A stretch of DNA of 64,000 nt, from NCBI RefSeq assembly GCF_037042905.1, contig NC_087246.1, positions 5,768,001 to 5,832,000 of the forward strand, given 5' to 3'. Of this stretch, positions 1 to 14,232 are shown one piece after another. Every line of letters starts with the position of its first letter. Positions within the stretch are counted from its first letter, which is position 1. The translations under genes and the position numbers were made by a program. The notes beneath the pieces were generated by a model. The model ran no database searches. It was not told where the DNA came from and saw nothing but the letters and a program-made list of their open reading frames with translations. Source of the stretch: Lytechinus pictus. Taxonomy: Eukaryota.

Positions 1-3000
1 AATTTTGAGCAGTCTCGTCAAATACTATATATGCACTTCATACCTGAAGCACAAATATTTCAGGAAATCTCTAATATTAGTTGTTAACTTACTTTGTTTG
101 GAGTCTACCCTCATAACAAAACTTACTAGATTGAATAGTAAACAAGGATATTTCTTTTTGTATTGGATAGAAATTCAGGAATGTTCCATTTTGCATTGAC
201 CTGTTGTGTGATTTATATGTAGCATTATGCTGAACTTCAAAGATTTCTGAGGAAAACTAGGATTTTGAAGCTAAAGATACATTGCCTCACTTTGCTCTTC
301 TTTTTTTTTTTACTAGACATTTCCAAAAGAGAAAATCTTCCCTCACTATTTTCCCCCAAAAAATTTGTTTCACTGGCATGACTGTATAGAGAATTTCAAA
401 TTCAATTTCACTGTCCTATTGTATCATTTTCTGATTATAAGATATACTGCCTAAGTCAAACCTGTCAGAATCACAGAAATCTGAATGACTACTGGTAATG
501 AGAAATACCATTCAGAAGAGGTGTATAGCACATTGTGCAATCTGGTCTGAATATTGTTTTAATTCATGTAATTATTTGACATTTAGAAGACAACTTTGGC
601 AGACTTAAATGTATGATGTAACTCAGTTCACACATGATTTTTATAGCAATAGAACACTTGATTTTCTTTAACAGCAATTTTAAAAACTCTTTGCAGTCAT
701 GCCTCTAATACATAAACAGGTTTGTTGGATTTTTTTTTTTTTTTGGGGGGGGGGGGTTAAGTCTGAAAGACATATGCCCTTCCCTCCTTATTTTCTTGCC
801 AAATATGAGCAGAATAAATTATATTTAGGAGCCTAGCTCTACTCACCCAGACTGATCAGTGGTATATTATTTAATTTTGGTTTATTCAGAAAATCAAATG
901 TAGCTCCTAGAGCCCACACAGGTACAGACCCAGGCATAAGACACAATAGCATTTTGGGGGCCATATTGTTTGTATATATATCTGGCCTCCCAAAAACTAT
1001 TGTATCTTACCTGGCTGGATCCGTGCCAGAGCCCACAATGCTAAGATTGATTGTACAGATGATCTATACAAAGGATTACATATATAGTTATTAAAAATCA
1101 ACTGTGATCAATTGCTAAGATTTATGTAATAGGGCTCTTGTGTACAGTGTGTTGTACATTGTGTAAAGTCATTTTTCGTTTAATGTTGAAATGCAGAATT
1201 AATGATCGAATAATGATGGGTGAAAAATGAGGAATTACCTAATGGTAAAGATGCTTTGGATTAACTACTTGGTCAGTAGGAAAAGAAATATTACTGATTT
1301 TCTTCATTGCAAATAAGGTGACCATGTCATCGCTTGCGTTGGTTCAGAAGTGGCTGAATGATCTAATGCTACTATGACACTTTCACAATTTTTAGCCTTG
1401 ATTAGAATATCACTAATTTGCGCATTGAATCCTGCCATGTGAAGTATGCGGGACAATGCACAAAGTGTTGTGCCAAAATTTCAGGATTTGGCACATCACA
1501 TTTTGGGATCTTTGTGAACTATTCATAAATTGTGCACAAATTTTTTTGAGCCAAATCATGTTAATGCATATCATGGCACAAGTGGCACATATTTAACGAC
1601 TAGTTTCTGTTCCGTACACTGGTCAGAACTTAGTCATGAATTATGATCCAATCGTGCAATGCCAATGCCAAAAGTTGAGTAAATGTCAGCAGCAAAAGGT
1701 GAGGCTTGTGCATTAGTTCACTTCAAGGGCATTCATGTGTTGAACCTAAAAGATTTCACTAGAAAACAGTGGATTATCAGCTGATCTGAAGTTGGAATAC
1801 ATGTTGGAAAAAATTGTGAGTCTAATAATATATCTTAGGCAAAAAAATCAGCAATGTATACTAGTAGATCTTTTTTTCTGAACCCAGTTTTGTATGATCT
1901 AAATTTTGTATCCTGATCGAGAGCGAGATTGGTTACTTTGTCTTTGAGACCGAAACATCACACTGCCCGAGACAATTCTGAAAAATCTCAGAGCTAATCT
2001 CTTTGTGAAGTTGAGATCACTGTATTTCACGTTCACAATATCTCAACCACGTCTCTGGTTTAGGGCCAACTAAACTTTTGACTTAATGTAGATTCATATC
2101 GAAGCTGAATGATGTGCAGTGGTTCAAATTTGACTAATTTTGCTTGTTCAACAGCAGTCCAATGTAAGGCTATTTTTCTGCACACGAAACCTATCCAAAA
2201 GAGTGTATAGTACAACACATGAATATGCTGAAAAAAGTCACTAATGGTGAATAAATATTTCCACACCATAATATTGGTCTTATTGTTTAGATTATGCATC
2301 TATTTTCACAGACATTGTTTATCAATGTCTGTGAGTATCAACGTAACACATGGAGCTCAAGATGCAGTACAAGACACAGCACTATTAACAAATATAATTT
2401 GTACTCCCCCCCCAAAAAAAAAATGCTTTTGGTATAGGCTATGGACTTGATTTTTTTCACCCAAACGTTTCTGTGTGTTGCAGGTCCATTTTCCTTGTTT
2501 CATTGTATGTGTAAATGATAGTATGTGAAGAATTGGTCAAGTAACCTGGGTCCTCAATAGTCAAAGTTTGTATGATCACAAAACTATGGTAACTAATACA
2601 AGCTATTTATTACATCATGGTATTTGATAAGCTGGTGATAAAACATACTAGTAGTTTTTCATGGTATGTTTGTTTAAAAGAGAACCCAGATATTTCGATT
2701 TTAAAGCCCTGGTGCTTTATTGGGAATTATACAAAATATATGAGTTAATATTATTTTCATTTTAATATGTTTTAACCTTGTATGTACAATTTGAAGGCAT
2801 GTTCAAAGATAGTTGATCCCCATATTATAGCATCATTATGGTATTTTGCCAGATCAAATCTTCAGTACTGAACTCCATTTATTCTGGAAGGGAATGTCTG
2901 TTCTGGGATGTTAAATGAACATAAGGTGTTTGTCAAATAAACATATTAAGAGCCATACATGTATGTAGACCAAAAGTTACCTTCAATCATAGCTAAGTTG

Positions 3001-3072
3001 CCCTTAGTGGTATATTTTAGAAGACGGTAAAAGAAAACAATTTGGTGAAAATGCCGAAGATGAGCGATCAAA

Positions 3073-3199
3073 GGCCTGTTTCATGAAGAGTTACAAATAC
3101 CGGTATAGTAAAACTACAATGGAAACCTTGATTGTGATTGGCTGCTGAGCTCTGTTACCATGACTACATTACTGTAGTAACTCTATATAAACAGGCTCC
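3073..3199. mobile_element. Short MITE-like element
   Basis: GCCTGTTTCATGAAGAGTTAC ... GTAACTCTATATAAACAGGC imperfect TIRs around GATTGGCTG; similar architecture at ~26730-26887 and ~30420-30562. Confidence 0.5.
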
Positions 3200-4937
3200 T
3201 GGACCATATTTCACAGAACATCTCAAGGACATGTTACAAGCTATTGAAATATAGAGGTGGAGCCGATGCCATGTATTGTCAGCCTTGGTATATGCCTCAT
3301 TACTCAGAACCTTAGACTTACACTCCATGTCTGCTCATGAAAATGAGGGCTGGGCGGGGGAATGAATTCCATCATTTGTCACTGATGAATTTTATGAATT
3401 TGAATATTCTACCGGTATGAACTAGAGCCCTAGAGAGGTTATTATAGTACTAAGTCAGTAACTCCCTAATTAAAGGGAAGTGATATACTATAGTATTCAG
3501 GTTATTGACAATACATGTATATGAGGGAACTGTATTGGACTTTCCAAACCATGTCATAAACATGCAACCTTTGTGTTGCCTGTTACATGTATGCCATAAT
3601 CACCAGAATTGTAGTATTGTATTGCTCTATTTGTCAAGTGTATGTCTTGAATACATGTCAAATTATTCTTTGGCCTTTTAGGTACTGTTTCACAAGTTCT
3701 TTAAACATCTGAAGATGTTGAATTTCTGGCTTTAATGGTCTTGTGAGACCCTTGGCCCTTACTTCAGTGGCAATATGTTAATGAATTATTGTGATATCTG
3801 GAAATTGAATAAATATTTGTGTGGTAAATATACATGTCAATGTATAGACACCTTCACAAGACTTTTAAATCTTAAGTACATATTTGGGTGTGATTTTGTA
3901 TTCCTAGACTGTTTTCCTAAATGGCATGTGTTTGCATTCAGAATTTTTCTTGACTGCAGACCATTATGATGGTGAATTGGTATTCTATTATACCTTCAAA
4001 TAAATTAATAAAGACTGTTCGGGTTTGTAAAACTCATAAAAAATAAACAGAATCATGTTTTTCATCTTACCTCTAATGCCACTGACTGATTAAATTGATC
4101 CAATGAGAATACATACCTTATATTCCATTAATGATAGATGTTTTCAGCTTTGCATTTGTTCTTAAAGCCCACAAAGGTGCTTTTAATTTCAGAGAGGCCA
4201 TGTTCAACGGACTGATACCAGTAGGCTGAGGCACTAATGAAAGACAGATTTTTGTCTTCTTCTGAAACTTGAAAAATGATGCCCCAAACTGAAACTTATA
4301 AACTGCTGTTTTTATCATCATTTGATTTGGTCACACATGGCATTAGAACAATTAGATTTTGTTTTCAAGTTAAGATAAAATCACTATTTTTCTTGCACTA
4401 TATGGCAGTGGAATCCCCCCCCCCCCCTCGAGTATGTCCAGATGCCACTGTAAAGGTCTTTTGTTGACAGTTGACTGGAGGGTAGTAATCCTGAGAGACA
4501 TTCTTTTTACTTGAATCATGTAATTACGCAGTCAATCGGGTGGATCCAGGATTTTCCAAAGGGGGAGAGGCACATTTTCCCCAAGGAAAATTTGAAAAGC
4601 AAAAAAAAAAGGGTCTTCACTTTCAAAAGGGGGGGCACACTTGTGTTTTAACAGCATTTTTACATTACAAATTTTAATTGTGCCTCTAAAAAGGGGGGGC
4701 ACAGCCGGTCTGCCAGTGGTCATAATAAACCTGGTCACTAGGACATCTTATTAACACACACACAAAAGGACATCTCAACCGTTAAGGAGATAGACTTTAA
4801 AAGAAGAAAGGAATACTAGAATAATCAATGAAGCTAAAATATAAATTATACTGCCCTCCTACTCTGGTTTGCTACTGATTTCCGCATACATGACAGAATA
4901 TCTAAACACAAAATGCCTAACCAACATGAACAATCTG

Positions 4938-5080
4938 GGGCCCGTAACACAAAGGTTAATCACTATTGGCCTATCAAGATCATCGTTGTATGCGCATTTC
5001 ACTCATTAGACTAACTAGGAACGAATCAGAATTATTCTCTAGAATTAGCGGTCAACAGTTAACCTTTGTGTTACGGGCCC
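4938..5080. mobile_element. Harbinger-type MITE
   Basis: 22-bp perfect TIRs GGGCCCGTAACACAAAGGTTAA / TTAACCTTTGTGTTACGGGCCC; 3-bp TSD CTG. Confidence 0.8.
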
Positions 5081-7094
5081 CTGGTTTAGATAGTACAACC
5101 ACTTTACATATTTACTCAAGAAAAGAAGATGGCATTCAGGTATTGGTGTATCTTTGGTGCATCTTTAATGTCATAGAATTCATTCATCATATAAATGTAT
5201 AAAATTTGTATTTCAAATAACATCTTGTATGAAACTTACATTTCATATTGCTTCTCTTAAAAACAAAAATATTTTTTGTGCTTAAACAAAGACACTGTCC
5301 TCATCTTTGGAATCAAAATGTCTACTCTTTAGAATTATATATAGTGTATCATGATAGCCATCATTGAACAATAATTCCTTCAATTGTACAAAAACATTTT
5401 CAAATATATGTTCCAACTAAACAATACATAATCATCATAGTAAAGGGAGAATTGCAGCATTGTACAATTGTTACATAAAAATAGGGTCATCAAACTGTCA
5501 TTTCTTCAGTAAATGGAAATCCACCCTTGCCAATACAACAATTTGTGAGGAGGCATTAAAATAAGAAAAGCAGAATGGTTAAAATTGGCAAGAAAAGTAG
5601 TATTTGTAATGTATTTAATGATCAAGAATTTGTTACTTTCTCCTCCGAGCACCCTTTCCCAGGGCTAATTATATAAACACAAAATATATCCACATAGCAT
5701 GTTACTGAACAGTCGCCTACTATATTTGAATAATTGCCTTTTAAGATGTCAAAGCAATTTTTTGAGACCACATTTCACCAATCATGACAGCATTTTAGTT
5801 GAATTTCACTTAAGTTAAAGAGATTGCTTTTGTCCCAAGACATTCAACTTAGGCAGACTTCGGTAGTACAAAACATTGGAGAAAAATATAAAATTGTGCT
5901 TTTTACAGGTTTCTTCATGCATTTCAAAGGTACATGTGAAGAAAGGCAGAATCATGTCTTACTTAATGGTTGCATAATATACTAATCAAACAGTAATGTA
6001 TAAATGACCATGCAACCAACAGCTAACTTGATTCCTCGAACAAGGTTCAATTCACAAGTTAGATGATGATTGAGTCTGACATCCTTGATATGACAGAAAA
6101 AAATGGATTTCAGTTATGTTTTTATTTATATTTTTTAGTAAAAAAAGATATATTTGGAATGGGTTTGAAAGTTGAAAAAATGAAAAACCGAATATAAAAG
6201 AGCGTGTCAGAAAATCAAATTCATCAGCTGCATTGGTTGGATATACACCATGATTCACACATGACAATAGATTAATATTTTTGTATCAAGATACAATGTA
6301 CACATTCCAAAGAAAAGAACTTCTGCTTACAAATTTAACAAAATATTAGAAGAGAATAAATCAACTCTGGGTATACCTCTCCTAAAACATCTCTTCACAA
6401 ACATTGGCTATTTAGTAATCAGTGTTAAACAAAAGAAGTTTTAGGACATCCAAACCATATTTGCTCATACATAAAATGAATTAACAGGATCTTGGAATGC
6501 CATTTATAAAACAAATAATACCCGTCTTCATTTTTCCATTCTATGATGCATACGCTGTCATTGAGGCTGTGTTCAACCCATTACACTCAGCGTTACAGGT
6601 TCATGCAATGGGTAAAGGGCCTTAACTCAGGAAGATTGTATAATGAACTTGTGAACATGCATCATACTTAGTAATACTATTTACCATTTAAAGATATACA
6701 GAATAAGGCAAGTCTCATTTCAGACCATTGGTACTTCGGTACATGTAAAGACGATCTACCATGAATGTGTGACAAGTTTTCATGTGTGTCTGCTTCCACA
6801 GCTGACAAGACTTAATACACCAGTCAATTACTACTTTACATCTACCATGCATGTTTTAGGAGTCAAAGTCTACTAAAAATATACCATACAAATACTTTTA
6901 CAACAAGAATATCTACCATAAATACAAGTACTACAAGTCTATTCAGAGACAAAAGGGTAATTAAAAGGCTTTATAATTTTATGCCCTACAAGCTCTGAAA
7001 CTCTACCACTGATCAATAAGTTTGCACCTTATATAGATGCCATACATGTACATTAGTTAATGTCAGCTGAGATTTAAAAAAAAATGTTTTTTAA

Positions 7095-7266
7095 TAGAAA
7101 GCTGAATGCATTCCAACAGAGGTGTCTTGGAAAGATCCTAGGGGACACTGATATGGATCAGATTACCAATGTAAGAATATATAGATACAAAGCCTCTTGG
7201 CAAAGAAAAAAGGAGGATGAGATTGGCAGATATATTCTAAGAATGCCATCAGACTATGCTCTCTAG
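7095..7266 (+). mobile_element. RTE-type LINE 3' fragment
   Basis: RKLNAFQQRCLGKILG...DQITN...YILRMP resembles the RTE ORF C-terminal region. Confidence 0.55.
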
Positions 7267-7287
7267 ACTTCAATATCAGATTTGTTT

Positions 7288-8580
7288 GAGATCTTGTGAG
7301 AAATGGCGAGGTCTTTTACAAGTCTCAAGAAAGTGCACTCACCGTTGAGCTACAAATAACAACTGCACTTCAGGTTTTTTTGCAAGCGGCAGCTTTCAGA
7401 ATGTAGCTGGCGATGTAGCTGGGATATGTTAGAGCTCACAGAGCCACTCGATTGCAGCTGCCACTAATTCTATATCAAGAGCGGGGGACTTCATCAATTT
7501 TTGGAGGCACAGATCGCCACCTCCAAGAAGGCATAATTCGCCAAGATGGCGCAGATGCCATCTAGGTTGCATATACTGTAGGCATATTGCCATCCAGGCA
7601 CCCAAAGAGAACGAACATCTGTACATAATTCACAAGGGTGAACATTCAATCAACATGCAAGCCATCTTTGACCAACGTTATCGTCCAATGGTCAGGTTCG
7701 ACCCATGATTCATTCATTTGGAATAACAGTCGAGTCTATGACGATTTTAGAGAAGGTAAAATAGGTCCTCTTGCTACTAAAGAAGGTAGCATCCATAAAG
7801 CCTTTTGGATTTAAAAAGAGGGTCAAAGGAGAGTGGCAAATGCTGGAGAGCGGTTGCCGATGTCCTCCAAACCCAAGACTTTAAGGTGGACCAGAGAGCA
7901 GAAAGGGGTAGATATAACTTTCTGCAGGCAAAATAAAGAAAAGAGATGAGAGGAGGGCCTCGAGCATTGCACCTGAGGACAACAAGATTCAGGAGGAAAT
8001 TGCTGGAATATTGGAGGACCTGCACCAGCAAGATGAACAGTTAGACACAGTGGCCCCATCAAGGAATGTTTTTTTAAGGAGCAGAAGAAAATAGATGGCA
8101 CAGAAATGAGGAAGAGACAGGCCTAAAGCTTATGGAAACAATAGGTGATCCTTTGATAGTTAATTGTCAAAATATTTCACTGGTTCAAAAGCCCTCTAAC
8201 TTTCGGCCTAGCTTATATCTGTGGTTTAACTATGGCTTGCTACTAAAAAGGGAATCAATGTGTATAAATTATGTTGCATATTCCTATCACATTCACTGAA
8301 TTCTGGAATCATGTTTAAATTGTAAGTGAAACTTTTCTACTTATCATTCCCAAGCAGTTTTTAATTGTGTCACTACTAACAATTTTGATGAATTAAACAT
8401 CTACTTTTGGATTGAGTCTCTTTTTTGACTGCATTTACTTTGAATATCTACTGCGCATGTGCATTTCGTTTTTGCTGTTACATTAAAAAACCAAGCCCCC
8501 TCTGAAATTTAATTTTTTTTAGTTAATACAAATTTTACTCTCATTTGATTACTTTATTCAAAGATGTAAATTGAACTTGA
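7288..8580 (+). pseudogene. PIF/Harbinger transposase relic, tandem copy 1
   Basis: Frameshifted HARBI1-like motifs (SALTVELQITTAL, LGCIYCRHIAIQAPKENEHLY, HSINMQAIFD, GSTHDSFIW), followed by a charged second-ORF remnant. Confidence 0.75.
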
Positions 8581-8668
8581 CAGAAGACATCAAGCTAGAG
8601 AACGGTTATCGGTGTATGATATTCCAGAGGATTATCGTCTGAGATTCAATGATTTCAAATTCCTTTGT

Positions 8669-9877
8669 AATCTTGTGAGAAATGATGAGGTCTTTCACAA
8701 GTCTTGAAAAAAGTGCACTCACCACTGAGGTACAAATGACAACTACACTTTGGGTTTTTCCAAGCGGCAGCTTTCAAAATGTAGCTGGCGACGTAGCTGG
8801 GATATGTCAGAGCTACCAGAGCCACTCGATTGCCGCTGTCATTGATTCTACATCAGCAAGAGTGGGGGACTTCATCAATTTTTGGAGGCATCGCCTGCCT
8901 CCAAGAAGGCATCATTCCCGGAGATGGCGCAGATGCCACTAGGTTGCATAATCTGCACACATATTGCCATCCAGGTGCCCAAAGAGAATGAACCTCTGTA
9001 CAAAAATTGCTAGAGTCGACAATCAATCAACATGCAAGCCATTGTTGACCAACAGATACATTTGACTAACCTCATCGTCCAATGGCCAGGCTCAACTCAT
9101 GATTCATTCATTTGATACAAATAACAATTGAGTCTACAGCGATTTAACCTACGGCTGTAAGGTGGACCACAGAGCAGTCAGGGATAGATATAACTTTCTG
9201 CAGACAAAATAAAGAAAAGAGATGAGAGGGCCTTGAGCACTGCACCTGAGGACAACAAGGTTCAAGAGGAAATTGCTGGAATATTGGAGGACCTGCACCA
9301 GTAAGATAAACAGTCAGACACAATGACCCAAACAAGATACGTTTCTATAAGGAGCAGAAGAAAATAGATGGCACAGAAATGAGAAACAGACAGGTCTAAA
9401 GATTTGTGGAAACCAATAGATGATCCTTTTAGATGAGTTAATTGTTCAAATAATTCACTTGTTCAAAAGCCCACTAACTTTAAGCCTAGCTTATATGGTT
9501 TATCTATGGCTTCCTAAAAATGAACCAATGTGACTGTGTTGTGTGTTCCTATCACATTCACTAAATTCTGGAATCATGTTTTAATTGTAAGTGAAACTTT
9601 TCTTAACATTCCCAAGCGGTTTGTAATTGTGTCACTACTAACAATTTTGATGAATTAAACATCTACTTTCGGAATTGAGTCTCGTTTTTTACTGAAGTTA
9701 CTTGAAATAGCTACTGCACATGTGCATTTTGTTTTTGCCATCACATTAAGAAACCAAGCCCCCTCTGAAATTTGAAATTATGCCCATATGACAGTGCAGA
9801 TACTTTTTTTTGTAGTTTTTTTCTTTTAATCCAAATATGATTCTCATTTGATTACTTCAATTAAAGACGTACATTCA
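8669..9877 (+). pseudogene. PIF/Harbinger transposase relic, tandem copy 2
   Basis: SALTTEVQMTTTLWVFPSGSFQNVAGDVAGICQS, LGCIICTHIAIQVPKENEPLY, SINMQAIVD, LIVQWPGSTHDSFI; colinear with 7288-8580. Confidence 0.78.
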
Positions 9878-10329
9878 TATTCTAAATATTACTCTTAAGT
9901 GAAAATAAATTTCACTTTCCCTTCTATTTGTTGTTCTTTGGTAACTTGGTCTGACAATTTTAGTGTTCATTTATTTCTAAATTTAAGACATTTATTTATT
10001 TGATTTGTGATTTATTTAGCCTGTAATTGATTTATTTAATTTCTTTCATTTGGCCTATTTACTAAATACTATAAGCTTATTGACCTATTTATATAGCCTA
10101 GTTATTTATTGATGAAAATCTTAATATCTTCACCAAAAATTGGTGAAGATAATTGATGTTCCTATTTTATTCCTGAGCCAAAAGGCAAGAATGGAACCCT
10201 GCCACACTGAGATATCGACCATAAACCTCCACATAGGTTAAAAAAAGCAAGATAGTAAAGCAAAACAGATTTCTGAAAAGTCACAAAAGAACATTGATGG
10301 GAGACTTTATTCTCCAAAACAAAAAATGG

Positions 10330-13300
10330 AATGTACATTGTAACCATTTCAATGAAGAAGTTTAAAAAAGAAGTTGCCAGTGTGTACGAAGATCTGATTT
10401 CTATAAGACAAGTTCTCTCACATTACAGCAAGAATGGATACCTGCCATGTCAAAGCTCACAGTGTGCACTCAGCACCTGGGAAAACACTTGTGTATGTTC
10501 TTCCATGGGCAGACTTTGCCAGAGTGTACGAATATGTTCAGTAGTACTTTGATAGGCAAGTCCAAACAGTGCTAAGCAAAAAAAGAATATTTGGAGTGCA
10601 AATAAAGAAGTCCATAGATGAGGATGATTTACAGATTTTATTCCTTGTCTTGCAAAGCATTGAGACTATTAAACAGAAACCGAACGTACAAGGAGAGTGG
10701 ACATATGTGCAAAACAGGGGGTCCATGAAGGTGATTGCCTACCAGCTGCAAATGGCAGCAGATGGTCGAAAGCTTGAAAATAAGCATGGACTGTATAGCT
10801 TGCTGGAATCAATTTCAAGAAACCTCAACATAGAGAAACATGGAAAGAGAAATTCAACACCTATGCAGAGTTTCTTTGAGGTCATCTTACTGTGGGGTGG
10901 TCCTTGTAATGCTAACTTTGTTTCCCTTTATAGTCCAGGATAGAGGAGGCATAACCTTGTTTTTTCATATATACAATATTTTTTCATGGTTTCTTGTCAA
11001 ATGGAGGGTGCTGATTACGAATCTGAATGATGCCACTCGTGTAACCTTGAGCATTTTCCGCAAATTGGCAAAATCCAATATGGCTGCTAAAATATGCAAA
11101 TCACCCATGAAAATCATAAAATTGCCAGCAGACTGGCTACAAAATGTATGTAATTGTGTTGTAGGAGTGAAATAATCTGAAAAAACGATTTTAGAAAAAA
11201 TATTAATTGTATTGATATTCAAAATGGCCGCCATATACCCTATTATGTACAGTATGAATAGGGAAAACTATTTTTCACAAAAATGATCCCTAAACTGCAA
11301 GTAATTGTGATCTATGGATGAAGTAATGTATGAAAATCATCAATGCTAACAAGATATATTATTTATTATGTCATGTATGGGAAAATTGTTGTGTTTTATA
11401 TTCAAAATAGCCACCACTGGCCCAAATAGTATTATGTACTATAGCAAAGGGGGCAAAAACAAATCACAAGAGTGAGCACTAAAATGCGTATTATTAAGAT
11501 AAACGCATGGAATACTGACTAAAAACATAATTGTTCACAAATATATTATTTAATATGCCATGTATGTGATATATGTTGTATTTTGATATTCAAAATGGCC
11601 ACCAAAGGCCCTAAAAGTATTATGTACAATGAGAAAGAGGACCAAAGAATTCACAAGAGTGAGCACTGAAATGCATTGTTTGTGATAAATAAATGGGATA
11701 CTGTCTAAAAAACATAATTTTAACGAAATATATCACTTAGGTTTAAAGTTGGTGTTTAATACTTTATTTTGACTTTCAAAATGACCGCCCATAGACATAT
11801 ATTGTATTATGTACAATGCAAACTGGGAAATCAGTTTTCACAGGAGTGAGCACCATAAATGCAACGTAATTCTGATCTATGAGTAAAATATTGTCTGAAA
11901 GCATAATTTATAACAAGATATATCAGTTCTCCTGCCAGGTAGGTGAAAATACTGGATTTTGAAAGTCAAAATGGCCGCTACAGGCCCTAACATTATTATG
12001 TACAATCTGAATGGGGACAAATTATTTTAGCAGATTTTCGCTTTGCTTGACTAAATGGTGGTGTATGAGTAAAATATTGTCTGAAAACATGATAACTAAC
12101 GAAATATATCATATTATGTCAAATTTAGGTGATTAATGTTATATTTCAAAATTCAAAATGGCCGCCACATGCCCTTTTGTGAAAATTATCTGTCCTCATT
12201 CAAATTGTACATAATACAGTAAGGGCCATTTTCAATTTCAGAATGCAGCATTTGTCACCTTAATTACACCAGATTATGATATATCTCGTTAGAAACCATG
12301 GTTTTAGACAATATTTCACTCTTACATCACAATTATATGCAATACTTATAGTCAAGCAAAGCCAAATTCTGTCAAAATTATATGCACCAAATTACAATGT
12401 ACATAATACTTTTAGGGCCTATGGCAGCCATTTTGAATTTCAAAGTACAGCATTTATTACCTCCATCACCAACATGTAATGTATTTATTTAGAAATCATA
12501 TTTAAGACAATATTTTTACTCGTACATCACAGCAACATGCATATTTTATGATTCCCACTGAAAATAAGTTTCCCTAAACGCATGTAAACATAATTTAGTT
12601 AAGGCTTGCAGCGGCTATTTTGAATGTCAAAATACAGTATTTATCACTTACATGGCAGAATATATGCTATATTTAATAAAAATCATGCTTTCAAATAATA
12701 TTTTACTCATACAAAAGGATTATATGGATTTCATAGTCAAGCAAATCCAAATTCTTACAAAATTACATGTCCTCATTTACATTGTAGATAATACTGTTCG
12801 GGCCTATAGGGGCCATTTTGAATTTAACAATACAGCATTTATCTTATGCATGACAAGAGAAATGATATGTTTACCTAGAAAACATGTTTTCAGACAATAT
12901 TTTACTCGTATATCACAATTACATGCATTTCACGTACTTATTCTTGTGAAAATTAGTTTCTCCATTCGCATTGTACATAATGTATAATGGGCCTATGGCG
13001 GCCATTTTGAATTTCAAAATACAGCTTTTATCACATAAATTGCATGTTAAATATTATATTCCGTTAAAATTGAATCTTTAGCCAGTATTCCACTCACTTA
13101 TCTTAATAATATGCATTTTAGTACGAAGTCTTGTGATTTTCTTTTGTCCCCATGAACATTATACATAATACCGTCAGGGCGTTTGGTGGCTTTTTGAATA
13201 CTTAAATGCTTCATTTATTACATATATGACATAACAAATGATAAGTTTCGTTAGCAATCTTGTTTTCATCCATTAGTTCACAAAAAAAATCACATTTACT

Positions 13301-13755
13301 TGCATTTAGTGCCCACTTTTGTGAAAATTATTTTTTCCCATTCATATTGTACATAAAGTTGAATACAGCGGTCTATGGCGGCCATTTCAAATATCAAAAA
13401 AATAAATATTTTTTCAAAAATCGTTTCTTCACAGAGTATTTCACCCCTGCTACACAATAACATACATTTTATAGCCAATCTGCTGGCAGTTTTATGATTT
13501 TCATGGGTAATTTGCCTATTTCGGCGGCCATATTAGATTTTGCCAATTTGCGGAAAATGCTCAAGGTTACACGAGTGGCATCATTTAGAATCGTTATCAG
13601 CACCCTCGGATTGACAAGAAACCATCAAAAAATATTGTATATATGAAAAAACAAGGTTTGGTCAGTTTTCTATGGGGCCTATCCTGGACTATTACCTCTT
13701 TAGCCCGAAAGTGCAATCTACATTTTGTTGGCAGAAAAACATGTATTTCTCTTGA
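10330..13755 (+). pseudogene. Degraded transposon-like ORF interrupted by the foldback element
   Basis: ORF 10569-10930 (...KHGKRNSTPMQSFFEVILLWGGPCNANFVSL) continues in frame as YLFSPKVQSTFCWQKNMYFS* at 13695 once the element and one TSD copy are removed. Family not securely identified. Confidence 0.45.
10931..13691. mobile_element. 2.76-kb foldback non-autonomous DNA transposon (TAGTCC...GGACTA termini, 3-bp TSD; possibly Academ-derived)
   Basis: Termini TAGTCCAGGATAG / CTATCCTGGACTA; TSD TTA at 10928-10930 and 13692-13694; >300-bp high-similarity inverted arms; internal ~185-190-bp subrepeats with AAAATGGCCGCC-like cores on the left half and their reverse complements on the right half. 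Confidence 0.88.
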
Positions 13756-14232
13756 GTCAGGATGACTAGACTAGACAGCGCAGGAAGAATACTAAGAAGA
13801 CAAGGACATCCACATCTGGTTGTGTGGCCCCAAAGTCCACAAACATAGAAAAACTAATTTGCAGGTACAATTTTCCAGTGAAAAGAGGGCTATGCCTATC
13901 ATGTCAGCCTTTCAGGATAAAGGATAAGGTTGGTTCTTCGGCAAGGGCAGTGATTGTAAATTCATTACATCCAGATCTCCCCAAAACTCAAATTCTCATC
14001 CACCCCACCCGTAATGAGTATTTAATGCACCCTTTGTCAAAGGTCAGTGGAAGAAAATCAATTGACTTTTCAAGGAAAAATAAGATGAACAAATATCATT
14101 GTTATTATGTATTCGTCCTTATTCAAGGGCATCAATATTTCATGTCAATTTTTTCTAAGATCATTGTAAGTCTTTAAAAAAAACCTTTGTTATAACAGAG
14201 CTAACATTATTTTTTTCTATCTTTATGTTTAT

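Noticed and set aside
1..4020. Possible long 3' UTR of an upstream plus-strand gene (AATAAA at ~3808 and ~4007)
   Set aside because: No coding exon is visible and AATAAA is common in AT-rich DNA; it cannot be supported without transcripts.
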